From an uncultured Candidatus Saccharibacteria bacterium (GTDB lineage Bacteria > Patescibacteriota > Minisyncoccia > Phycocordibacterales > SBAW01), in assembly GCA_964650645.1 (NCBI GenBank), contig CAZYUH010000001.1:347032-411031 (forward strand): DNA of 64,000 nucleotides, written 5' to 3'. The notes under the pieces are model-generated. The model saw only the letters and a program-made list of their open reading frames with translations. It searched no databases and was not told the origin of the DNA. Below are positions 12,306 through 20,920 of the stretch, one piece after another. The stretch's first letter is position 1, and each line of letters begins with the position of its first letter. Made by a program: the position numbers and the translations under genes.

Positions 12306-13244
12306 ATGAAGAAGAAGGTCCTGGTAACGGGCGGGTGTGGCTTTATCGGCCACAACCTTGTCCTTGCGCTCGCTCCAGAGCACGATGTCATTGTTGTTGA
12401 TGACCTCTCCGGCGGCGACCTGCGCCCGAGGGTGGAGGGGGTAGACTATCGCCACTTCGATATCTCCCTATCGCAGAACGCGGGAGACCTCGCGCGGGCG
12501 TGCGAGGGCGTCTCGTGCGTCTTCCACTTGGCGGCCCTGCCGCGGGTGCAGGATTCGTACGAGCGGCCCTTTGAAACCGCGATGGTTAATATCATGGGGA
12601 CGATTGCTGTGCTTGCCGCGGCGTCCAAAGCCGGGGTCGGAAGGCTCGTGTTCGCGAGCTCGAGCGCGGTGTACGGGGAAATATGCGCCCACGATGGCAC
12701 GGCCTTCCCGCTGTGCGAAAGCCTGGAGTCCAACCCGCTGAGTCCGTATGCGAGGCACAAGCTCGCGGGCGAGCAGTTCTGCGAGGATTTCGGGCGCGAG
12801 CCGTTCAATCTCCAAACGGTGTGCCTGCGGTTCTTCAACGTGTACGGTCCGCATGCGGACCCGAACGGCGCGTACGCGCTTGTTGTGGCGAAGTTTCTCG
12901 AGCAGAAGCGCCGCGGCGAGCCCCTTACTATAACGGGGGACGGCGAGCAGACGCGGGATTTCGTCCATGTGGACGATGTCGTGCGAGCCCTGCTCATGGC
13001 CGCGTGCGACAAGAAGGAGTGGTGGGGAGAGGTGCTCAATATCGGCAGCGGGGAAAGCGCCTCGGTCAACCGCATAGCCGAGCTGGTGGGCGGCCCGACC
13101 GCGAAGGAAGAAGCGCGGCAGGAGCCGCGCCATTCCCTCGCGTCCGTCTGGGAAGCCAAACGGACTCTCGGGTGGGAGCCTCGCATCCCGCTTGAAGAGG
13201 GGATACGGCGGCTTCTTGAAAGCAACTGCGCCTCATGGCGCTAA
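12306..13244 (+). CDS. NAD-dependent nucleotide-sugar epimerase/dehydratase
   Basis: VTGGCGFIG, HLAA, ASSSAVYG, SPYARHK (YxxxK), RFFNVYGP, GDGEQTRDF. Confidence 0.92.
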   Translation: MKKKVLVTGGCGFIGHNLVLALAPEHDVIVVDDLSGGDLRPRVEGVDYRHFDISLSQNAGDLARACEGVSCVFHLAALPRVQDSYERPFETAMVNIMGTIAVLAAASKAGVGRLVFASSSAVYGEICAHDGTAFPLCESLESNPLSPYARHKLAGEQFCEDFGREPFNLQTVCLRFFNVYGPHADPNGAYALVVAKFLEQKRRGEPLTITGDGEQTRDFVHVDDVVRALLMAACDKKEWWGEVLNIGSGESASVNRIAELVGGPTAKEEARQEPRHSLASVWEAKRTLGWEPRIPLEEGIRRLLESNCASWR

Positions 13245-13299
13245 TAACGCGCGCCGCTTTAGAGCGGCGCGCTTTTTCTTATTTTGGTACTATGGCGCA

Positions 13300-14019
13300 A
13301 TGATGGTAGACGGCAGGGCGATTGCGGAGGATATCTTAAACGGGCTGGGCGAGTCCCTGCGCGGCCGCGCGCTTGGCATCGTGGCAAACGCGGGCGACCC
13401 GGCGACCGAGAGCTACGTGCGCATAAAAGAGCGCGTTGCCGCGCGTCTCGGCGTGGAAGTAAAAAAAGGGGAGCTCGCCGGCCTGCTTGCCGCGTGCGAC
13501 GGCGTGCTGGTCCAGTTGCCGCACCCGCAGGCGAGCGAGCTTCTGATGCAGATTCCTCCCGAGAAGGATGTTGATGCGCTTGGTTCTGCCCCTAAAGTCG
13601 CCGCGCCCGTCGCGGGCGCGGTCAGGGAAATCCTGCTGCGCTCGGGCGTCGAGGCGCACGGCGCGAAAGCCGTCGTGGTGGGTGGCGGCGCGCTGGTGGG
13701 GAGGCCGGTTTCGCGCATGCTGTGCGGCATGGGCGCCGAGGTTTCAGTCGTGACGCTCGAGCAGGGCTCGCTTTCACAGCTCAAGGATGCCGACATTGTG
13801 GTGTCGGGCGCGGGCAGTCCGCATTTGATAAAGCCCGGTATGCTCAAGCCGGGCGCGGTGCTCATAGACGCAGGGGCATCGGAAAGCAACGGCGCGCTCG
13901 CGGGGGACGCCGACCCTGCGTGCGCCGAGGTTGCCTCGGTCTTCACTCCCGTCCCGGGCGGCGTCGGCCCCGTCGCCGTCGCGATGCTCTTCAAGAATCT
14001 TTTTACGCTAATTAAATAG
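13300..14019 (+). CDS. folD: Methylenetetrahydrofolate dehydrogenase/cyclohydrolase (shortened)
   Basis: DGRAIA, SYVRIK, GVLVQLP, PEKDVD, LVGRP, TPVPGGVGPVAVAML. Confidence 0.88.
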   Translation: MMVDGRAIAEDILNGLGESLRGRALGIVANAGDPATESYVRIKERVAARLGVEVKKGELAGLLAACDGVLVQLPHPQASELLMQIPPEKDVDALGSAPKVAAPVAGAVREILLRSGVEAHGAKAVVVGGGALVGRPVSRMLCGMGAEVSVVTLEQGSLSQLKDADIVVSGAGSPHLIKPGMLKPGAVLIDAGASESNGALAGDADPACAEVASVFTPVPGGVGPVAVAMLFKNLFTLIK

Positions 14020-14069
14020 CTCCTAGTCAACCCCTACAAAAGCGCCAGTATATAGGCTATGCTACCCAC

Positions 14070-15398
14070 ATGTTCGCCCTACGGTACTGGTCGGTTGTCA
14101 TCCTCATAGCCGCGGCCGCGGCGGGGGTGTTCGTGTGGCAGACCACGGGCACGAAGGGGCGCTTCGACTTCAAGCTCGGGCTCGACCTCTCGGGCGGCAC
14201 GCGCCTCGTGTACAGCGCCGACACCTCGAAGCTCGACGCGGCCGACCTGCCGGACTCGCTTGCGTCCCTGCGCGAGGTCGTCGAGCGACGCGTCAACGCA
14301 TTCGGCGTCGGAGAACCCTTGGTGCAGACGGAGCAGGGCGGGGCGCTGGGCGGCGGCGCCCACCGCCTGGTGGTCGAGCTTCCCGGCATCACCAATGTAG
14401 AGGAGGCGATAAAGCTCATCGGAGAGACGCCTGTCCTCGAGTTCAAGCTCGTTAAAGAAGGCGTCGACCCGGCCGTGTACGCCGTCGCGTCGTCCACCGA
14501 CGCATCGGTGTTCGAGGACACGGGCCTCACGGGCACGTATCTCTCCAAAGCATCGCTTCAGTTCGGCAACGGGCAGGGCGCCTTGGCGACCGCGCCGGTC
14601 ATCCGCGTCGACTTCAATCCCGAGGGCTCCAGGCTCTTTGGCACGATAACGACCGCCAACACGGGCCGCCTGCTCGCCATATTCCTCGACGGCAAGCTCC
14701 TTTCGGCCCCGGTCATCCAGACGTCCATTACCGACGGGACCGCCATTATAAGCGGCGGGAATTTCACCGCCGAGACCGCGCGGGAGATGGTGCGCAACCT
14801 CAACCTGGGCGCGCTCCCCGTACCCATCCAGCTCGCCTCGACCGAGACCATCGGCGCGACGCTCGGCGACGAGGCGCTCCATGCGGGCCTCGCGGCCGGC
14901 ATCGCGGGCTTCGTGCTCCTTTCGCTGTTCATAGTCCTCTGGTACCGCCTGCCGGGCCTGGTGTCGGTAGTGGCGCTCCTTATATACGTCGTTATCATGC
15001 TCGTGCTCTTCAAGCTCGTGCCGGTCGTGCTTACCGCGGCGGGCATCGCGGGCTTCATCCTGTCGGTTGGCCTCGCCGTCGACGCGAACATCCTCATCTC
15101 CGAGCGCATCAAAGAGGAGCTTGACGAGGGCAAGAGCGCCGAGTCGGCCATCCGCGAGGGCTTCTCGCGCGCATGGCTCGCCATCCGCGACTCCAACATC
15201 GCGCACATCATTGCCGGCGTCATCCTCTTCTGGTTCGGCACGTCGCTCATCAAGGGCTTCGCGCTGGTCTTCAGCCTGGGCGTCGTCGTCTCGATGCTGA
15301 GCGCCATCACCATCTCGCGCACGTTCCTGCTGGCGCTCGGGCTCGACGCGCGCAAGCCGGCAAGCCGCTTCCTCATGCGCTCCGGATTCAGGAAGTAA
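14070..15398 (+). CDS. secD: Protein translocase subunit SecD
   Basis: KLGLDLSGG, RRVNAFGVGEP, LNLGALPVP, GLAVDANILISERIKEE. Confidence 0.95.
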   Translation: MFALRYWSVVILIAAAAAGVFVWQTTGTKGRFDFKLGLDLSGGTRLVYSADTSKLDAADLPDSLASLREVVERRVNAFGVGEPLVQTEQGGALGGGAHRLVVELPGITNVEEAIKLIGETPVLEFKLVKEGVDPAVYAVASSTDASVFEDTGLTGTYLSKASLQFGNGQGALATAPVIRVDFNPEGSRLFGTITTANTGRLLAIFLDGKLLSAPVIQTSITDGTAIISGGNFTAETAREMVRNLNLGALPVPIQLASTETIGATLGDEALHAGLAAGIAGFVLLSLFIVLWYRLPGLVSVVALLIYVVIMLVLFKLVPVVLTAAGIAGFILSVGLAVDANILISERIKEELDEGKSAESAIREGFSRAWLAIRDSNIAHIIAGVILFWFGTSLIKGFALVFSLGVVVSMLSAITISRTFLLALGLDARKPASRFLMRSGFRK

Positions 15399-15414
15399 TG
15401 CCGTTGCATAGACT

Positions 15415-16356
15415 ATGAACATCGCAAAGAACCTCAAATACTTCTTCATACTCCCGGCCGCGCTTACCGTCCTTTCGCTCGCGGCGGTCTTCATGTGGGG
15501 CCTCAAGCCGGGCATCGACCTCGTCGGCGGCTCGCTTTTGCAGGTGTCGTATCCGGACGGCCGCCCGCCCGTCGAGCTGGTGCGCGACGCGGTCTCCAAC
15601 GAAACGCTGGGCCTCGGCGAGGTGCATGTCCAGCCCTCGGGCGAGACGGGCTATATATTGCGCCAGCGCGATTTGTCGCCCGATGAGAAGGCGTCGCTTG
15701 AGCGGTCCCTGCGCGCGCTTGGCCCCTCCGCGGACGGCGCCGCCGCGGGCCGCATGGAGGAGGTGCAGTTCACGTCAATCGGGCCCAGCCTGGGCGCCGA
15801 GCTCCTGCGCAAGGCCTGGATAGCCATCGCGCTCGTCGTGCTGTGCATCATCGCCTTCATCGCCTTCGCGTTCCGCGGGGTTTCCAAGCCCGTCGCGTCG
15901 TGGAAGTACGGCGTGGTCGCCGTCATAACGCTCCTGCACGACATCATCATCCCGGTCGGCCTCTTCGCGCTTTTGGGCCAGACCCACGGCGCAGAAGTCG
16001 ACGCGCTGTTCATTGTGGCGCTCCTGACCATTCTCGGCATTTCCATAAACGACACCATCGTCGTCTTCGACCGCATCCGCGAGAACCTGCGCCATAACGG
16101 CGACAAGGGGAGGCACGAGCCCTTCGAGCGCGTAGTGGGCCAGTCCATACGGCAGACCATGAGCCGCTCGATAAACACCTCGCTCACCGTCGTTATCGTG
16201 CTCGCGGCGCTTTACCTTGCGGGCCCCGCCGCCACGAAGGATTTCGCGCTTACCCTGCTGGTGGGCATGGTGGCCGGCACCTACTCGTCCATATTCCTCG
16301 CATCTCCCATGCTCGTCGCGTGGCAGAAGTGGCAGGACAGGAAGATAGCGGGATGA
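15415..16356 (+). CDS. secF: Protein translocase subunit SecF
   Basis: GIDLVGGS, IGPSLG, LLHD, LTILGISINDTIVVFDRIREN, GTYSSIFLA. Confidence 0.95.
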   Translation: MNIAKNLKYFFILPAALTVLSLAAVFMWGLKPGIDLVGGSLLQVSYPDGRPPVELVRDAVSNETLGLGEVHVQPSGETGYILRQRDLSPDEKASLERSLRALGPSADGAAAGRMEEVQFTSIGPSLGAELLRKAWIAIALVVLCIIAFIAFAFRGVSKPVASWKYGVVAVITLLHDIIIPVGLFALLGQTHGAEVDALFIVALLTILGISINDTIVVFDRIRENLRHNGDKGRHEPFERVVGQSIRQTMSRSINTSLTVVIVLAALYLAGPAATKDFALTLLVGMVAGTYSSIFLASPMLVAWQKWQDRKIAG

Positions 16357-16904
16357 TACTCGGCATTACCGGCACCAACGGCGCAGGCAAGGGGACGGTT
16401 GTCGATTATCTCGTAAGGCAGAAGGGGTTCAGGCACTATTCCGTGCGCGATTTCCTGAACCGGGAGATTGCGCGGCGCGGGCTCGAGCCTACGCGCGGCA
16501 CGATGCTCGTGGTGGGCAACGCCCTGCGCGCCGAGCGCGGGCCCGGCTACATCTGCGAGCAGTTGCTGGAGGAAGCGCTTGCGCGCGGGGGGAACGCGGT
16601 CATAGAGTCGGTGCGCGCCATAGGCGAGGCGAAGCACCTCATGGCGCACGGGGCGCTCCTGTGGGCGGTCGACGCCTCTTTGCCGGTGCGCTACGAGCGC
16701 ATCCTTAGGCGCATGTCCGAGACCGACCGCATCTCCTACGAGAAGTTCGTATCCGACGAGGAGGCCGAGATAGACAACAGCGAGGAGCACAAGCCCAACC
16801 TGCGCGCGCTCATCGCGATGGCCAGCGAGGTGCTTATGAACGACGGCGCGCAGGACGAGCTGTATCAACAGGTGGAAGCGGCGCTCAGGAAGGCGGGCGT
16901 ATAG
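16353..16904 (+). CDS. P-loop nucleotide kinase (dephospho-CoA/NMP kinase-like)
   Basis: GITGTNGAGKGTV Walker A; ATGA overlap with secF. Confidence 0.8.
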   Translation: MILGITGTNGAGKGTVVDYLVRQKGFRHYSVRDFLNREIARRGLEPTRGTMLVVGNALRAERGPGYICEQLLEEALARGGNAVIESVRAIGEAKHLMAHGALLWAVDASLPVRYERILRRMSETDRISYEKFVSDEEAEIDNSEEHKPNLRALIAMASEVLMNDGAQDELYQQVEAALRKAGV

Positions 16905-17030
16905 TTAAGGAGGACAGCCTGCGGTTTGGGAGGTCGTGAGAGGGAAAGCGGTCGCCTTCCTGTAAAATGCGGCCTGTTCGCCACCTTGGGCGGGCCATAC
17001 AAAAAACAACCCGCGGGTACGCTTTATCTC

Positions 17031-17056
17031 GGCGCCTCTCTGAAGAGGCGCTTTTT
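17031..17056 (+). terminator. Intrinsic terminator
   Basis: GCGCCTCT-ctga-AGAGGCGC-TTTTT. Confidence 0.75.
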
Positions 17057-17069
17057 GCTTGAGCGGGCC

Positions 17070-17123
17070 TGGGGACAACTATGGGGAAAAAGGGTGGAAA
17101 AGAGGTGGAAAAACAGGGGATAG
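17070..17123 (+). repeat. Five tandem degenerate DnaA-box-like 9-mers with 11-12 bp period
   Basis: TGGGGACAA 17070, TGGGGAAAA 17082, GGTGGAAAA 17093, GGTGGAAAA 17104, AGGGGATAG 17115 (consensus TGTGGATAA). Confidence 0.55.
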
Positions 17124-17163
17124 GAACGGGTGCAAAGCCCTATGCGTACCACCCGTTTTGGGC

Positions 17164-17191
17164 TTGACGGGGGCTTTCTGGCGAGTATAAT
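17164..17191 (+). promoter_or_regulatory. 16S rRNA promoter
   Basis: TTGACG (17164-17169), 16 nt, TATAAT (17186-17191); leader hairpin and boxA-like GTTTTTTGACAT near 17255. Confidence 0.8.
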
Positions 17192-17469
17192 GGACACATG
17201 ACTGCTTAAGGGGCATCTCAAAAGGGTTTTGAGACCGCCTCTTTCGGGCGGTTTGTTTTTTGACATAACCGATAAAAGCCCAGCCGGTCTCGAATTCCGG
17301 CTGGGCAGTTCATAGATCACACCGATCTAAATACTTGGATAGATGTTACAAGCGTCTGTCCAAGGCAAGTGAAGCAGGAGACTATCGCTCAGTCCGCGCA
17401 GCGCGGGTTGGGACGCTTTTCTCTTGTTCCGTTCAACGAGTCTAGGGAGCGGGATTAAAACCCCGTTCT

Positions 17470-18932
17470 TATAATCAGAGTTTGATCCTAGCTCAGGATG
17501 AATGCTAGCGGCGTGGATAAGGCATGCAAGTCGAGTGGGTTTAGACCCACGGCAAACGAGGTAGTAATACGCAGGTACTCACCGAAAAGTCGGGGATATT
17601 CCATCGAAAGATGGCGCAATACCCGATAGTCCCTCCGGGGTAAAGGAGCAATCCGCTTTTTGAGAGGCCTGCGGCGCATCAGGTAGTTGGTAGGGTAATG
17701 GCCTACCAAGCCGACGACGCGTAGGGGAGCTGAGAGGCTGACCCCCACCGATGGAACTGAGACACGGTCCATACACCTACGGGTGGCTGCAGTCGAGAAT
17801 ATTTGGCAATGGGCGCAAGCCTGACCATGCGACGCCGCGTGGTTGATGAAGTCCTTCGGGACGTAAAGACCTTTTATGAGGGAGGAAGTAATTGACGTTA
17901 CCTCATGAATAAGGGGCTCCTAACTCTGTGCCAGCAGGAGCGGTAATACAGAGGCCCCGAGCATTATCCGGAATCACTGGGCGTAAAGGGTGTGTAGGCG
18001 GCTTAGTTAGTCCTTCGTGAAAGCTCTCGGACTCAATCCGGGAAACGCGGTGGAAACGGCTAGGCTTAGAGGACGCGAGAGGTAGAGGGAACTCATGGTG
18101 TAGGGGTGAAATCCGTTGATATCATGGGGAACACCAAATGCGAAGGCACTCTACTGGCGCGCTCCTGACGCTGAGACACGAAAGCGTGGGAATCGAATGG
18201 GATTAGATACCCCAGTAGTCCACGCCCTAAACGATCACAACTGGCTATAAGGAGTATCGACCCTCTTTGTGGCGAAGCTAACGCGTTAAGTTGTGCGCCT
18301 GGGTAGTACGATCGCAAGATTAAAACTCAAAGGAATAGACGGGGACTTGCACAAGCGGTGGATCATGCGGCTCAATTCGATGATAAACGAAAAACCTCAC
18401 CAGGGTTTGAAACCCAACTGACCGCCTTAGGAAACTTTGGCTTTCGCAAGACAGTTGGGCAGGTGATGCATGGTCGTCGTCAGTTCGTGGCTTGAGTTGT
18501 TCCCTTCAGTGGGGTAACGAACGCAACCCGCGTTGCCTGTTTTACAAGTCAGGCGAGACTGCCCCCTCACGGGGGAGGAAGGTGCGGATGACGCCAGATC
18601 AGCATGTCCCTCTGATATCCTGGGCTGCACGCATGATACAATGGTCATAACAACGGGTCGCGACGGGGTAACCCTGAGCTAATCCTTATAAATATGGCCC
18701 CAGTTCGGATTGAGGTCTGCAACTCGACCTCATGAAGCCGGAATCGCTAGTAATCGCGGGTCAGCCATACCGCGGTGAATACGTTCTCAAGTCTTGTACT
18801 CACCGCCCGTCAACTCAAGGGAGCCGGGAGTGCCTGAAGTGCGCCGCAAGGCGTATCACGGCAAGTTCGGTGACAGGGAGTAAGTCGTAACAAGGCACGG
18901 CTAGCGGAAGCTGGTCGTGGAACAATTCAAAT
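17470..18932 (+). rRNA. rrs: 16S rRNA (stand-alone, lacks canonical anti-SD)
   Basis: AGAGTTTGATCCTAGCTCAG, GTGCCAGCAGGAGCGGTAA, GGATTAGATACCC, AAACTCAAAGGAAT, AAGTCGTAACAAGG, h45 at 18896-18919; ends inferred by homology. Confidence 0.97.
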
Positions 18933-19124
18933 GAAATGCGTTTGTGTATCTCGTACGAGTACGCAAGCTGAATTGGCGATCTTTAGCCGCAAGGCTAATG
19001 GAGTGATGATGCTAACTCTAAATCGCATCCGGTGCGCTCTCGCGTAGCAATGCGCGTAGACCGATAGAGCACTCGATACCGACCCCAAGTACGCCGTGGA
19101 GTACACGGCAGGAACAGGAGGTAC
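18921..19124 (+). ncRNA. Structured ~200-nt 3' extension of 16S inside the processing stem
   Basis: Multiple hairpins, two with GCAA tetraloops; enclosed by the 17414-17434/19125-19145 stem. Confidence 0.5.
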
Positions 19125-19456
19125 GGACGGAACAAGAGAAGAGCGCTTCTCTCATCCTTGCGAGTTCGGTGTGTTTCTTAATTCGATTTCAAAAAGCACG
19201 GCTTTTTGACGGCAGGAATTCCCCAAGGCTCATACCCGCGGGGCTTTTTGCGTTGCATAAAACGCCGCCCGTGGTAGGGTGGGGACAGAAGGAGGTTGGC
19301 ATAAAGCTGTCCAGAAGCAGCCGTACAGACTAGGACCCACCTTGCCAGCATAGGAGCGCGCAGATGCGCAGACGCGTCATCGAACCCTTGTTCCGCGAGC
19401 CCCCATTCTTTCCTACGTAAGGAGCCTGTCCCTTTCAGAGCCTTTCCATTTGCGCG

Positions 19457-19484
19457 AAGCCCCGGCCCGTTGGCCGGGGCTTTT
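19457..19484 (+). terminator. Intrinsic terminator
   Basis: AAGCCCCGGCC-cgtt-GGCCGGGGCTT-TT. Confidence 0.75.
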
Positions 19485-19562
19485 CCGCTGTCCACTGTTG
19501 CGCCGTGCCGGCGCGGGTGGTACAACTTCACACTAGTTACTGGTCTTTCGGAGGGCGGTTGA

Positions 19563-19817
19563 ATGGCTGAAGCGTCTGCGCTGGATGTCGAATTCGAGTC
19601 GGAGGGAGTGGTTACTTCCTATATCTCCAATACGGATCTGGAGTACGCGTTCGTGACTTCCACGGATGGGACCGTCGAGGGCCCCATTTACGTCGACCGT
19701 AAGTGCATGAAGAAATCGAAGATAGCCTCGCTCAAGCCCGGCATGCGCGTCCGTTGCCGCGGGACGCACAGGGAGAAGGGCCCCAAAGCGAGGAGGGTAG
19801 AGATCCTTGCGCAATGA
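19563..19817 (+). CDS. Divergent cold-shock-domain (OB-fold) protein
   Basis: GVVTSY...YAFV...IYVD...SLKPGMRV...KGPKARRV aligns with the CSD pattern; GGAGG SD; terminator at about 19826-19857. Confidence 0.7.
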   Translation: MAEASALDVEFESEGVVTSYISNTDLEYAFVTSTDGTVEGPIYVDRKCMKKSKIASLKPGMRVRCRGTHREKGPKARRVEILAQ

Positions 19818-19873
19818 AGGCGGGAGCCGGCGCGTATAGCGCCGGCTTTTCTTTTTTGATATAGTGCCCTCAC

Positions 19874-19946
19874 GCGCGCTTAGCTCAGTTGGTAGAGCAT
19901 TCGACTGATACTCGAAAGGTCCTAGGTTCGATCCCTAGAGCGCGCA
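19874..19946 (+). tRNA. trnI: tRNA-Ile (GAT), CCA not encoded
   Basis: Acceptor GCGCGCT/AGCGCGC; anticodon arm TTCGA-CTGATAC-TCGAA; T-loop GGTTCGATCC. Confidence 0.95.
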
Positions 19947-20160
19947 CACGACCAAAAGCCTGCCCTGCGGCAGGCTTTGCGCGTGTGCGCGGGCCGCAGC
20001 GATGTTTTGCACTTGCAAAACCGCGAGGCGGGGTCGCGAAACCATTTTGCGACGGCAAAATGGTATTCGTGACCGCACAGGCGTGCGACGGCAACTTTTG
20101 AACGCCTGGCCACAAGACAGAAACACCCGCCTTGAGGCGGGTGTTCTGCTGGTGCGCGAG
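19941..20160. repeat. Cluster of nested inverted repeats following tRNA-Ile
   Basis: At least six hairpins, including arms complementary to the tRNA 3' end. Confidence 0.6.
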
Positions 20161-20217
20161 CCGGAGCTGGTATCTTCAGCGGTCCTTCATGAAATAAGCG
20201 GTATATACTTAACGCGT

Positions 20218-20784
20218 ATGAATAATAGAAACATATGGGTTATTTTGGCCGTAGTGGCAATAATCGTGCTTGCGGCGTGGTACTTCATGGCGGGAAGCAT
20301 GGCGCCGGCCACGGACGGCACGGCGACCACTACCCCTAATGGCGCCGGCGATGCGGGCGTTACGACGATTCCCGGCGGCGCTCCCGCGGGAGGGGCCGCT
20401 CCGGGCGGTGCCGGCGCGGGCGCGGGAGCCGGCGCGGGCGCACCGCAGGGCCGCACCTACACCGCGCAGGTAACCGTCACCGGCTTTACCGCGCAGTCGC
20501 AGAACCGATTCCCGCTCGTCAATTACAAGGTAGAGAGCGCGCTTACCGGCAACGGCTTCTTCAGCCTCGTAGGGCAGAACACCAACACGGTCGTCTGGGG
20601 CAAGGACCAGAAGATCGTCGGAACCTATACGCTCGACCCCAACCAGATAGACGTGCAGGGCAACGAGCCGACCCACAAGCTTTCCGAGGGCGATTACTTT
20701 ATACGCATTACCGACAGCTCGGGCGCTATCGTGGGCGAGAGCAGGCCGTTCCGCATCGCGGAGGGCCAGGTGACGAACAACTAA
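20218..20784 (+). CDS. Membrane-anchored hypothetical protein with Gly/Ala/Pro linker and beta-rich domain
   Basis: MNNRNIWVILAVVAIIVLAAWYF TM helix; EGDYFIRI...VGESRPFRI looks Ig-like. Confidence 0.75.
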   Translation: MNNRNIWVILAVVAIIVLAAWYFMAGSMAPATDGTATTTPNGAGDAGVTTIPGGAPAGGAAPGGAGAGAGAGAGAPQGRTYTAQVTVTGFTAQSQNRFPLVNYKVESALTGNGFFSLVGQNTNTVVWGKDQKIVGTYTLDPNQIDVQGNEPTHKLSEGDYFIRITDSSGAIVGESRPFRIAEGQVTNN

Positions 20785-20920
20785 TCGTTCGGCTCGGCCG
20801 CAGGACAGCGCCAAACTCCCCGCCGTACGGCGGGGAGTTTGGCGCATGCGGGTGCGCGCGGAAAAGCGTGCCACAGCTGATTGACCAGAAAGCGCGACTG
20901 TGATATAGTTAATGCCTTAT

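Noticed and set aside
17070-17123. Repeat array as a CRISPR or replication origin
   Set aside because: Units are 9 bp without spacers and no cas genes are present; no AT-rich unwinding element or dnaA nearby, so kept only as a binding-array hypothesis
19061-19090. tRNA-like words (TAGAGCA, TCGATACC, CCA) in the 16S trailer
   Set aside because: No cloverleaf or anticodon arm can be built
18921-19160. 16S extension as a group I intron whose removal would restore an anti-SD (GGA joined to TCATCCTT at about 19152)
   Set aside because: No P7-forming R/S motifs or terminal G at the needed site; TCATCCTT lies outside the processing stem and is not CCTCC
20370-20445. GGCGCG-type repeats
   Set aside because: They encode a low-complexity Gly/Ala/Pro linker
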